Below are positions 38,096 to 47,310 of a DNA stretch of 64,000 nt, one piece after another. Below the pieces are notes generated by a model. The model did no database searches. It was given only the letters and a program-made list of their open reading frames with translations, and was not told where the DNA came from. Where the stretch lies: the NCBI GenBank assembly GCA_934636825.1, contig CAKUBG010000011.1:6313-70312 (forward strand). Direction: 5' to 3'. Within the stretch, counting starts at the first letter, position 1. Every line of letters begins with the position of its first letter. Source of the DNA: an uncultured bacterium (GTDB lineage Bacteria > Vulcanimicrobiota > Xenobia > Xenobiales > Xenobiaceae). A program made the position numbers and the translations under genes.

Positions 38096-40948
38096 TCAAT
38101 CGTGCAAATGGACTTTATAGCCGAAACGACGTTGCAAAACGTTAAGCAAAGCTGGCATAAATATAGCCGAGCTTAATAAATTGGCTCCTACGCCCAGAGT
38201 CATCACCAAGCCCAAAGTAGCTACGCCCTGATGGTTGGCAATAATCATAGTTGCAAAACCAATCATAGTAGTTAAAGCTGATAATGTGATGGAAGGGCCG
38301 GTTGAATGGCTAAAAATGCCAGCCCCACCTTCTTCAGAAACTCGGTGAATAATGTGAATGCCAAAGACTAAACCAATTCCCAAAATTAGAGGCAAAGCTA
38401 AAAAGTTGGCGCTATTGAAATCGCAATGCAATATTCCCATCATGCCAACCATCCAGACAATACCTAGCACTTTAGGCAATAAAGCTAATAAAGCTACGCC
38501 CAGTTTGCGGAAATGGATAAAAAGCAATACCCAAATGGCACATAGAGCCCAAGTACCAGCTTTTTCGTTGGATTCACGCAACTCCTGACAATCGTAATAG
38601 CTCATAATAGGCATGCCAACCACTTTGGGATCGACGCTTTGAACTTCGCGCACAAAACGTTCTTGGGCTGGACGTTCCCAAATATTTTCTTTGGGGAAAA
38701 TGCGCACTTGAATAAGTCCAGTGCGGCCTATTTCACGATTTCTCAAATCGTCCGGAATATCATTTACAGTTAAAGGCGGCGTATCTTTTTGCACATGCAA
38801 AAACTTTATAATATCGGCCAAACTTTGGTAAAAATTGTCTTCAAAAGCATTCAAGCCTTCTTCAATAGGGCCAGGTCCCATAGAAGACATTATCGAAAAA
38901 AGTTTATCAATTTTTATTTCTAAACGTTTGGCTGCTTGGCTAACTTCCGAAGAAGAGCTTCTTTGCAACTTGTGCAAAACTGAGCGCATTTCTTGGTCAC
39001 TACTTTCGATCGAATTGCCCAAAGAACGAAAAGAAGTTATGCGACTTTGCTCAGGATCGCGATAAATTGTGCCAGGCACGGGAATAGACGAAACATCTTC
39101 AGCTATTTCCTTTAAATAAGGATACTTTTCCTTGTAATTTACAGGAATCATCATAGCCACAGTTTCTACGTCGGAAACGGTAGGCAATTGGGAAAACTTT
39201 TCGGCTAATCGACAAGCCGTAGGCACATCTTCAGCCAAGGAAATACCGCAAAGAAGTGAATGCTCACTAGCATTTATTAAGTGCATTTCGGTGCGTACAG
39301 ATTGTAAGCCCTTAGCTTGCAAATTGAGCAAGTTGTAGTCGTAGCTGACATTTTTGCCATACCAAAGGGCAACCAAAGTGATTACCAAACCAACAATCAC
39401 TACGCCCTCGGAGCGATTGAGCAACCACTTTTCTACATTGGCCAAAAAGGCAAAACGAGAGATACCTTTTGCTTCATAAACTTTATTTTTATCTTCAGTT
39501 AGGAAAATAAGTGAAGGTAAAATAAGCATCATGGACAGGTAACAAAGCAAAATGCCACTACCGGCAATAATGCCCAATTCGGCAATACCAGTAAAGTCGG
39601 TGAAAGCCAATACATAAAAGGCCAAAGCCGTACTTACGGCGCCAGTTAAGTTTTCGTAGCCAGCGCCACGCATAGTTGCTTGCATAGCGGCTAAAATATC
39701 GGCTGTTTTGGCCCTTTCTTCATCATAGCGATAGAGAAAATGGATACCAAAGTCGATACCTAATCCCATTAAAATGGTAGTAAAAGTTACCGTAAGTAAG
39801 TTCAAGTGGCCGATAGCCAACGTAGTAAAAGCCATAGTCCAGCCAATACCTACTATTAAGCCCAAAACGGCCATCAAAGGCTTAAAAATTTCTCGGAAAG
39901 CCCAAATAAAAATAATGGCAATCAGAACTAAAGAAAGAATAGCCGACTGAGTAGAATCGGCTGTGGAAGAATCAGCTTCATCAACATTGAGAACTAATTC
40001 ACCAGTTAGACCGACTAATACGTCGGTGTGCGAGCGCTCCAATACTTCCAAAATTTCTCTGATACGGCTGACCGCCCTATTTATGGAAACATCTTGGCCC
40101 TCATTGTCGCGATAAACTGGACGACAAAGCAAAGCATAAAATCGACCGTTGGCAATGGTATTGTACTGGAGGATCTTATCCTGGGAAAACATACTGCTAA
40201 TGGCAGATTCATTTTCGCTGCCTTCTTGGCCCAATTGCTCGAGCATAATATCAGCCCAAGGAGAGACGAATTGGCCTCTTCCTCTAGTTTCCATACTCTG
40301 AGTAAAAAGATCGAGAAAACGCTCAGCTGTAGGCAATACTCCTTTTAGCTTATCTGGATTCAGTTCACTAGAATTGCCCATTTCACGAGAAAGCTGAGGA
40401 GCTTTTTGCATAAGATCAGCTAAGCCACCAGAAGAGGCCAAGGCTTTTAGTCCAGGACCATAATCTTTTAATTGCTGGGCTATTTCACGCAATTGCTGCG
40501 GTTCCAGATAATGCAAAGCATAATTGCGCAAAAAAGTGACGTCTACTTTTTCAAAGACATCCTTAAAAATATCAGGCTCTTCCCGCAAACGCTGAGCCAA
40601 GTCATCAACAAAGGCTTGACGCTCGGCGGCAGTTCCATCTTCCACAATCACGACAATATCTTCAGAGCGCGGGAAATCGTTAGTGTAACGATCTTGTTCA
40701 GCTTGTAATCCGGCTGAACGCTTAATTAAGTTGGCTTGATCGGCATCAAAAGCAAGGTATTTGGCCGTATAAGCCATACCTAGAAGACAACTTACAATAC
40801 CTACAATTATAATCAGACGTGGAAAATGGAAAGAAAACTCGGCCAACTTGCCCAACATTTTATAAGTAAATGCTTCTTTGTTGACAGAGCCTTGAGACGC
40901 CGCCTTTTCTTCTGCAGCTAACGCTTTATCGGAGCCTTTTAAATCCAT
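38096..40948 (-). CDS. MMPL/RND-superfamily exporter (HpnN-like architecture)
   Basis: 950 aa with two blocks of about 6 TM helices, each preceded by a large extracytoplasmic loop. Its stop codon is separated from the helicase start by 17 nt. Confidence 0.8.
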   Translation of the reverse strand: MDLKGSDKALAAEEKAASQGSVNKEAFTYKMLGKLAEFSFHFPRLIIIVGIVSCLLGMAYTAKYLAFDADQANLIKRSAGLQAEQDRYTNDFPRSEDIVVIVEDGTAAERQAFVDDLAQRLREEPDIFKDVFEKVDVTFLRNYALHYLEPQQLREIAQQLKDYGPGLKALASSGGLADLMQKAPQLSREMGNSSELNPDKLKGVLPTAERFLDLFTQSMETRGRGQFVSPWADIMLEQLGQEGSENESAISSMFSQDKILQYNTIANGRFYALLCRPVYRDNEGQDVSINRAVSRIREILEVLERSHTDVLVGLTGELVLNVDEADSSTADSTQSAILSLVLIAIIFIWAFREIFKPLMAVLGLIVGIGWTMAFTTLAIGHLNLLTVTFTTILMGLGIDFGIHFLYRYDEERAKTADILAAMQATMRGAGYENLTGAVSTALAFYVLAFTDFTGIAELGIIAGSGILLCYLSMMLILPSLIFLTEDKNKVYEAKGISRFAFLANVEKWLLNRSEGVVIVGLVITLVALWYGKNVSYDYNLLNLQAKGLQSVRTEMHLINASEHSLLCGISLAEDVPTACRLAEKFSQLPTVSDVETVAMMIPVNYKEKYPYLKEIAEDVSSIPVPGTIYRDPEQSRITSFRSLGNSIESSDQEMRSVLHKLQRSSSSEVSQAAKRLEIKIDKLFSIMSSMGPGPIEEGLNAFEDNFYQSLADIIKFLHVQKDTPPLTVNDIPDDLRNREIGRTGLIQVRIFPKENIWERPAQERFVREVQSVDPKVVGMPIMSYYDCQELRESNEKAGTWALCAIWVLLFIHFRKLGVALLALLPKVLGIVWMVGMMGILHCDFNSANFLALPLILGIGLVFGIHIIHRVSEEGGAGIFSHSTGPSITLSALTTMIGFATMIIANHQGVATLGLVMTLGVGANLLSSAIFMPALLNVLQRRFGYKVHLHD

Positions 40949-40951
40949 AAT

Positions 40952-42037
40952 TTAGAGGGTATCCAACCAATGGGCGTTTTCTAAAACCGCCCCTATCGAA
41001 TGCAAGTTTCTAACATTGAAAATATGCTGAGCGCTGAGCTTCCAACGACCACAGCAAGCAGCATGTACGGCATCGGCCACCGAAACGGCGCAATGTTGCA
41101 TAACGCTAGCGTCACGATAGCAATCGATCATACACTCTGTACAACCGTCGCGTATAATCTGGCTGCCATTAAATTCACAGACATGGCACATAGGACGACG
41201 CCAGTTGCAGCAACGCCATAATTGCAATTCCCAGTCTAAATAGAATTGCTTAAAGCCTCCCAAGCAAACAAACTCTTGTGGCTCTTTGTTGAGATAGCGA
41301 TGCATATCCATCATGGAGGCAGTGGGATTGAGCACTCGATAAGACTTCTTCAGAGCAATAACTTCATCAATCAGATGGTGCATTTCTTCCGGAGTATAAT
41401 TTACTAAATCGGAATCTTTGCAACCAAGGTAGTTTGAGTCTAAGTTGATTAAAGGGAAAGAGAAAGTGACCGCTTCAAATCCCATACGATCCAAAGTACG
41501 GGGCAGTTCTTTAAGATCGCCCAAAATTTTGCTTAAAGTGACTGAAGCTACGCGTCCCACCTTATGTTGGGCAAAGATACGGTTGGCCTCCGTAATACGT
41601 TCGGTAACACCAGGCAAACCGCGATTCTTTTCACTGACAGATGGATCGACCGAATCAACCGAGATTATGACTTCTTTTAAGCCATTCCCGATTAAAGAAT
41701 TGACTTTATCGGTAGATAAAGTAGATCCATTGGTCACAATCAAACTATCCATGCCCAAATCGCGGCAATGAGCCATAAATTCTTCCAAATTGGGATTTAA
41801 AGTAGGCTCTCCACCGGTAAAAATTAAAAAACGTACTCCATTGCGGTATAGACAATCGATAGCATTCAAACCGGCTGACAACTTAACCAAAGTTTTCGGA
41901 TTCTTATCATTTTTGGCTTGTTCTCTGGAGAAATTGCAAAACTCACATTTAGCGTTGCAAGCATTGGTAATGGCAAACTGACAAGTAGAGGGGCCACCAT
42001 CTAAAAATACTTGACTGATAATCTCTTTCCAATTCAC
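40952..42037 (-). CDS. Radical SAM enzyme with Cys-rich (SPASM-like) C-terminal region
   Basis: CNAKCEFCNF fits CxxxCxxC, with a GGEP-type motif FTGGEPTL. The C-terminal cysteine cluster is CLGG...RCCNW...CHVCEF...CTECMIDC. A 3-nt gap separates it from the MMPL gene. Confidence 0.8.
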   Translation of the reverse strand: MNWKEIISQVFLDGGPSTCQFAITNACNAKCEFCNFSREQAKNDKNPKTLVKLSAGLNAIDCLYRNGVRFLIFTGGEPTLNPNLEEFMAHCRDLGMDSLIVTNGSTLSTDKVNSLIGNGLKEVIISVDSVDPSVSEKNRGLPGVTERITEANRIFAQHKVGRVASVTLSKILGDLKELPRTLDRMGFEAVTFSFPLINLDSNYLGCKDSDLVNYTPEEMHHLIDEVIALKKSYRVLNPTASMMDMHRYLNKEPQEFVCLGGFKQFYLDWELQLWRCCNWRRPMCHVCEFNGSQIIRDGCTECMIDCYRDASVMQHCAVSVADAVHAACCGRWKLSAQHIFNVRNLHSIGAVLENAHWLDTL

Positions 42038-42118
42038 TGATTATTCCTCCGCCGATCTTTGTGTAAAATCGGTCTGCATTTTTCTCATAAAGGCATACAA
42101 TACAGGCGGTCAGCCGTA

Positions 42119-42487
42119 CTAAGAAAGCACAACCACCACTATGCCGCAAAAAATTATCAAAGTCCCCGCCCAGCGCAAAGGCGAAACGTGCTCTTGTAAA
42201 TATATTTTGGCCAAAAAAGCGTTGATTATATAATTTAAAGCCGTTAAAGGCAGAAGCAAAGAAAGATCGGCCATAGAGAGCATAGCTAACCACAAGAAGA
42301 AAGACACGGTTAAAAGGCCTGCTCCTATTAAGACATTGCCATTGGTGATAACGGCACAAACTACACGCCAAATATCACGCAAGCTATGGATTGAAGAATC
42401 TACAGAGCGCATTCCTTTCGACACAAAAATATCCGCAACAGCCGTAACGCTGACGCCGGTTAAAATAAGAAGTAAAACTTTCAACAT
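42119..42487 (-). CDS. Small single-EamA-domain membrane protein (ArnE/ArnF-like 4-TM fold)
   Basis: ATG at 42487 (MLKVLLLILTG...). About 122 aa with four hydrophobic helices. Confidence 0.55.
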   Translation of the reverse strand: MLKVLLLILTGVSVTAVADIFVSKGMRSVDSSIHSLRDIWRVVCAVITNGNVLIGAGLLTVSFFLWLAMLSMADLSLLLPLTALNYIINAFLAKIYLQEHVSPLRWAGTLIIFCGIVVVVLS

Positions 42488-42698
42488 GATCGCGCTCCCT
42501 TCGCTCCCGATACTTTTTCCGCCTTCTGAAAGCACAAGCGGCGCAATTCTGTACTTATGCTGGGCGGCCTACCATTTTTCAGCAACAAGAAAGTAACATT
42601 TTTTCCAGCATTAAGGGCCTAGACAGGTATTTCCCCAGCTTTTAAAGAAGAGTTTATAGATCATAAAGTTTACACTTGACGAAGGGAAAAAATTAGCT

Positions 42699-43955
42699 TT
42701 GCGCAAGCTCGTATTATTGCTTTCGGCTCTTGTCTTGGCGGTCGGGCTAAACTATACCGGTTTTACCGAAAATGCCATAGCTCAAGAAAATTCTTCTAAT
42801 AACTCTCTAATTCTGATTCAGTCTGAAATTGCCGGCACGGAAGTTTTCGGCAGCGGCGTCATTGTACTGACCGGCCGTGAAAATTGTCAGGCCGTAACCA
42901 GCTACGAAGCCATTAAGGGAGCTTCCAGAATTACGGCTTTAGCTGCCGGCTATTCCCCAGTGCCCGCGAAGATTCTGCGTTTTGCTCCGGACGCCAATTT
43001 GGCTTTGCTGGAAATTCCTATTCCGGCTCTGCCAGCGGCCAAACTCGGAGACAGTGAAGTTGTAAAAAATGATACTCCTGTAGCCATTTCTTACGCTTCT
43101 CCGGTTTTGAGCGGCAACGTAGCCACTTCTTTCGACGGCGGCAAACGCGGCGGCACAGTCATTGACGTCATCAATCGTCCCGGCGGTTCAGTCATGCGTC
43201 TCAAATTGTCAGGGCCTTTGCAAGACGACACCAGCGGTGCTCCTGTTTATTTACCCAATACCAATGAGCTGATAGCGATTTCCCTTTCTATAGAAGCGGC
43301 TTCCGGTCATAATGATATGCGCTTTGCAATTCCTATTGCCATGGCTGGTGCTCTCTCTCCCAATATTAAATCTTCTTCAGACTCTATTGCCAATATCAGA
43401 GTATTGGATGGCGAAGACGCTCCCGTCCTTGAAGGCGGAAATGATAAAGGCGCCAATGACGAAGAAGGAAGCCCTTTAATTCCCATTATCGTAGGTGTAG
43501 TCGTAGTTGTAGTATTAGGTGGTGTTGCCTACTTTGTTTTGGGAGGCAAAAAGAACAAAGCTGTCGAGCCTTTCTCAGTCTTGCCTATTTTACCTGAAGA
43601 TACTCCTATGGCTTTTGTTACTGCCGAAGGTAGTATTCTCCCCTTCACTAAAGATTCAGTTATCGTCGGACGTTCCGAAAGCAGCGATTGGTGTTTCCCT
43701 GAATCCAGCGTTTCCGGACGTCACGCCCGCATTCGTAAGAGCCGCGACGGCTCCAGCTACGAATTGGAAGATTTAGGCAGCAGCTACGGCACTTTCATTC
43801 GTGGTCGACGTGTAGGCCGCAGCGACGTTATCCATCCCGGAGACATAATCCGTTTTGGAGACGTAACCCAAATAAAACTTCTTACCAGAGCTGAATCTCA
43901 AGCGAAAAATGCTCTTAACGCAGCTAAGCTTGAAGGAGAAGATGAAGATCAATAA
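42699..43955 (+). CDS. Exported trypsin-like (probably non-catalytic) domain / TM / cytoplasmic FHA-domain protein
   Basis: Signal peptide. Trypsin_2-like GSGVIV, DANLALLEI, DDTSGAPVY, but the expected His position reads AVTSYEAI. TM segment IIVGVVVVVVLGGVAYFVLGG. FHA motif GRSESSD...VSGRHARI...DLGSSYGTFIRG. Confidence 0.7.
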   Translation: MRKLVLLLSALVLAVGLNYTGFTENAIAQENSSNNSLILIQSEIAGTEVFGSGVIVLTGRENCQAVTSYEAIKGASRITALAAGYSPVPAKILRFAPDANLALLEIPIPALPAAKLGDSEVVKNDTPVAISYASPVLSGNVATSFDGGKRGGTVIDVINRPGGSVMRLKLSGPLQDDTSGAPVYLPNTNELIAISLSIEAASGHNDMRFAIPIAMAGALSPNIKSSSDSIANIRVLDGEDAPVLEGGNDKGANDEEGSPLIPIIVGVVVVVVLGGVAYFVLGGKKNKAVEPFSVLPILPEDTPMAFVTAEGSILPFTKDSVIVGRSESSDWCFPESSVSGRHARIRKSRDGSSYELEDLGSSYGTFIRGRRVGRSDVIHPGDIIRFGDVTQIKLLTRAESQAKNALNAAKLEGEDEDQ

Positions 43956-43998
43956 GGAATAGGCGCTGCCCCCAAGGGGCGGCCATCCTGCAATCCAA

Positions 43999-44035
43999 AG
44001 CCTCAAGGGGGAACCCCTTTGAGGCTAATTTTTTT
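43999..44035 (+). terminator. Rho-independent terminator
   Basis: Arms agcctcaagggg (43999-44010) and cccctttgaggct (44014-44026), followed by aattttttt. Confidence 0.7.
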
Positions 44036-44052
44036 AAGGAGAGTTTTATCAC

Positions 44053-45291
44053 ATGGATGTAAATTTGACCAAATATGATGTGTTTTTGGCCATCGCCGGT
44101 CGCACTAAGCCCATAAATAAAGAAGCTTTAGTTAAAACTATGTGGCTTGATGAGAGCTCTTCTTTAGAAGCAATTTTGAACGAATTGCTAAAAGAACAAC
44201 TGATTCGCACTGTTCCTGACGGCTATACTAAAGGGGTCAGCTCCAAAGGACAAACATTGTTAGAGCTTTTGCTTTTAGCTATAGCTTATGAGTATGATTA
44301 CAATCTTTATTTGTCAGAGCCTATTCAAGATCTCTTAAAAGCTGTTTATAAACTCAATGCCTTTACAGAACGCGATTTGGAATCTTTGCCCGATTGGCGC
44401 TGCTATCTACATCATTTGATAAAGGATCAAATGATTTTATTTATTAGCTATGATCCACCCTCAATGCGTTTAGCTCGTACTCTCTTCTTTGACTTAATTT
44501 GCAATTATTTTGACATTTCGCCTAAAACTAAATTCTTTGATACCAAAATCGATCTCAATAAGGTCATTATTTCCAAATTGACGGCTAAAAGATTAAAAGA
44601 CCGAGCCAGCATAGGTCTGGGAGCCCGCTTTATTTTTGGTTCAACTAATGACAAACCTCAAAAAGTTGGCCTTTCCAAAATGCAAAGGCTGCTGGCTTAT
44701 GATATTGTACCTGAGCAAGCAGATGTCTTTGATAAGAAAGCCAAAGCTGATTTTGCCGAAGCTAAAAAATCTTTAGAGCGCAATTCTATACTTTTGAAAC
44801 GTCACCTAACTATCGATACTATCAAAGAATATCATAAATTGGCTATGGCCAGCTCAGGTGTTTCCGATATATATCGCAAGTTCGATGTAGAAATAAAAGC
44901 TAACCCCTACTTTAAAACAGCAACCTGGAAAAAAATTCCTCAAATGATGGATAAGCTTATGGATGATTACAACACTATTTTAAAATCATCCAAAACGGTA
45001 TTTGACGCTTTTAATTTGGCTGCTTTTTTCTATAACGAGTTGATTCACATTCATCCTTTCGAAGACGGAAATAGTCGCACGGCTTTCCTGTGTTTATTAC
45101 ATATTCTCAACTTATTTAATACAAGAATTACTTCTATACCAGCCAGTTTCGATTATAGTTTTATTCAAGCGACAAAAGGGCAAAGAAAGCGCAATGATCG
45201 TGATTTAGTCGAATTACTCAAAGAAATTTACGTAGTTATTCTAAATCAGGAAGAACTTAAACTTATGACTGAATTGGCTGCCGGTTGTTAG
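44053..45291 (+). CDS. Fic-domain protein with N-terminal winged-helix-like region
   Basis: Fic motif HPFEDGNSRTAF, compared with the consensus HPFx[DE]GN[GK]R. The gene is visibly more AT-rich than its neighbours. Confidence 0.8.
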   Translation: MDVNLTKYDVFLAIAGRTKPINKEALVKTMWLDESSSLEAILNELLKEQLIRTVPDGYTKGVSSKGQTLLELLLLAIAYEYDYNLYLSEPIQDLLKAVYKLNAFTERDLESLPDWRCYLHHLIKDQMILFISYDPPSMRLARTLFFDLICNYFDISPKTKFFDTKIDLNKVIISKLTAKRLKDRASIGLGARFIFGSTNDKPQKVGLSKMQRLLAYDIVPEQADVFDKKAKADFAEAKKSLERNSILLKRHLTIDTIKEYHKLAMASSGVSDIYRKFDVEIKANPYFKTATWKKIPQMMDKLMDDYNTILKSSKTVFDAFNLAAFFYNELIHIHPFEDGNSRTAFLCLLHILNLFNTRITSIPASFDYSFIQATKGQRKRNDRDLVELLKEIYVVILNQEELKLMTELAAGC

Positions 45292-45301
45292 CGTTTGCGA
45301 T

Positions 45302-46204
45302 ATGGCCAGATATCAAGTAGGAGAAATTATAGATAAACTTTATCGCGTGACCGACTATCTTGGTGAAGGGGCGCAAAGTTATGTGTATTCTGTCAGCGAT
45401 GCCAAACGTCCCAGGGCCCATTGGGCCCTAAAGCAGTTGCGTCTGGAAGATATTCCCGCTGACGAACAAGATGCTGCCAGTGAAATGTTTGCCAGAGAAA
45501 GCTTTATTCTCAAGCAATTACATCACCCAGCCTTGCCAAAACTTATCGATTACAGATCTCCTGCAGGCGCAGCTCCCTATATAGTGATGGAATGCATTAA
45601 AGGCCAGCCTTTAGACGAAGTCTTAACTAAACGCACTAATCCTTTGCGCTTGGAAGAGGCTTTGCCTATAGCTTTACAATTGACGCATTTATTGCACGCT
45701 CTTCATAGCCAAACTCCGCCTATTATTTACAGAGATTTGAAACCTTCAAATCTTATCTTGTCAGATAGCGGTATGATTCGTCTAATAGATTTTGGCATCG
45801 CTCGTTTTCGCAGCGCCGATTCTCTTAAAGACACCCAAGAGCTAGGTACTCCGGGATATTGTGCTCCCGAACAATATAGAGGTTACTCTTCGGTTCAAAG
45901 CGATCTTTATTCTTTGGGCGTAGTTATTTACTACATGCTGACTTTCAAAGATCCCCAAAGTATGAATTTCAATTTTCCCCGTCTTGATACCATTATCCCT
46001 AAGGCCCCTACTGCACTTGTAGATTTATTGGCATCTTGCTTGAGTATAGATGTCAACCAAAGACCCAAAACGGCTCAAGAAGTACGTCGCATACTTTTCA
46101 AAGTGTTGCAAAATTACCAAGCCATGCCTATTAGCAAAGGTACTCAGCCTTTGGAGCCCGGCTTGCAAAATCTCAGTCACCATTTATCTATGCTAGAATT
46201 TTAG
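45302..46204 (+). CDS. Hanks-type Ser/Thr protein kinase (catalytic domain only)
   Basis: G-loop GEGAQSYVY, WALKQL Lys, catalytic loop YRDLKPSNLIL, DFGIAR, GTPGYCAPEQ. No TM or sensor domain. A 10-nt gap follows the Fic gene. Confidence 0.9.
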   Translation: MARYQVGEIIDKLYRVTDYLGEGAQSYVYSVSDAKRPRAHWALKQLRLEDIPADEQDAASEMFARESFILKQLHHPALPKLIDYRSPAGAAPYIVMECIKGQPLDEVLTKRTNPLRLEEALPIALQLTHLLHALHSQTPPIIYRDLKPSNLILSDSGMIRLIDFGIARFRSADSLKDTQELGTPGYCAPEQYRGYSSVQSDLYSLGVVIYYMLTFKDPQSMNFNFPRLDTIIPKAPTALVDLLASCLSIDVNQRPKTAQEVRRILFKVLQNYQAMPISKGTQPLEPGLQNLSHHLSMLEF

Positions 46205-46235
46205 TTAAAGCGACAGATTATACTCCCAAATTAAA

Positions 46236-46272
46236 TAAAGCTAAACTAACTGTGATGGTTGGTTTAGCTTTA
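46236..46272. terminator. Bidirectional hairpin between the convergent kinase gene and the 306-aa gene
   Basis: 11-nt arms taaagctaaac (46236-46246) and gtttagcttta (46262-46272). AT-rich flanks. Confidence 0.5.
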
Positions 46273-46298
46273 TTTAATAGAAAAAGTTTTGGAAACAA

Positions 46299-47219
46299 TT
46301 ATAAAGGCAAGAATAGTCTGTACTTAGAAGAGAACTTTTCTCTCTGACTTCTAATAATATTGGAAGCTTCTTTGCCATCACCCAAAGCAACAGAGCAACT
46401 GCCTAAAGGATGTGTTTCATCGGCAGACCACACTACTACAGCTCCGGAAGGCAAATCTTTGAGTTGTTCGGGAGCAGAATCGGTACATTCCACAAATTTA
46501 TCCGATTTAGCCAGAAAATCAGCCAATTCAGCCGCAGTCTTGCCTCCCACTTCAACACCTTTGGCGCTTAAAGCCTGACCTACAGGCTTAAAGTCGAAGA
46601 AACCAGGTTGATTAGCTTTCTTCTTAATTTCCTCACCTAATTCGTTGCCGAAATCTGTCGCTGTAAATCCATCTTTGGCTGAAGAAGAAACTTTCTTAGC
46701 CTGAGGAGCAGAATTCTCTTCAGCGCTGCTTTCTTTTTCCGGAATAGGCTCGAAGTAATAGCGACCGATACTTTCAATTTGTTCGTAAGCATCGGGATAG
46801 TAAAAATGCAAAAAGATCAGACGAGCCTCTTGCAACCCTTTCAAAAGTTGGTTTTCGTCCTGAATTTTTTTCTTTTGTTCAGGAGTACCACGATCCATAA
46901 TTTTCAAGATACTGGTAAATGAGCGCACCTCGGGAGCCAAAGAAGACAGCTCAGCAATAGGTTCATCAACTTCTTCATAACACTTATTGACATAACTCGT
47001 ATAAGCGTTGAAATCTGAATTTATATAGGCACTGACCATGCCTACAGTAGCTGCCGTAACTCCACTATTGTGACCTTTGCGATCGGCCGGATTAGTCAGT
47101 GAACCGGAAAGAGTTGACGAAACAGCCAACAAACCATCAAATATAGCCGCCGGAGTATTATATACATTTACTCCTATCAGCGACGCTACAGATCCTAAAC
47201 TGAATTGACCAAAGCCCAT
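46299..47219 (-). CDS. Hypothetical protein (306 aa)
   Basis: Gly/Ser/hydrophobic N-terminus, a central Ser/Glu/Lys-rich linker, and a C-terminal globular region (GAVVVWSADETHPLGSCSVALGDGKE). Last gene of the rlmD-clp-FHA transcription direction. Confidence 0.4.
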   Translation of the reverse strand: MGFGQFSLGSVASLIGVNVYNTPAAIFDGLLAVSSTLSGSLTNPADRKGHNSGVTAATVGMVSAYINSDFNAYTSYVNKCYEEVDEPIAELSSLAPEVRSFTSILKIMDRGTPEQKKKIQDENQLLKGLQEARLIFLHFYYPDAYEQIESIGRYYFEPIPEKESSAEENSAPQAKKVSSSAKDGFTATDFGNELGEEIKKKANQPGFFDFKPVGQALSAKGVEVGGKTAAELADFLAKSDKFVECTDSAPEQLKDLPSGAVVVWSADETHPLGSCSVALGDGKEASNIIRSQREKFSSKYRLFLPL

Positions 47220-47310
47220 TTATCTTAACTATCCCTTAGCTATGCAAACAGAATTAACTTCTGATCGGCGCTGTTTAGACAAGCTAAACAGAAGCCCTCT
47301 ATGAGGCTGC

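Noticed and set aside
41949-42371. 140-aa minus-strand ORF bridging the radical SAM start and the small EamA-like gene.
   Set aside because: It overlaps both better-supported genes out of frame. Its sequence is Cys/Arg/Phe-rich with no membrane or domain pattern.
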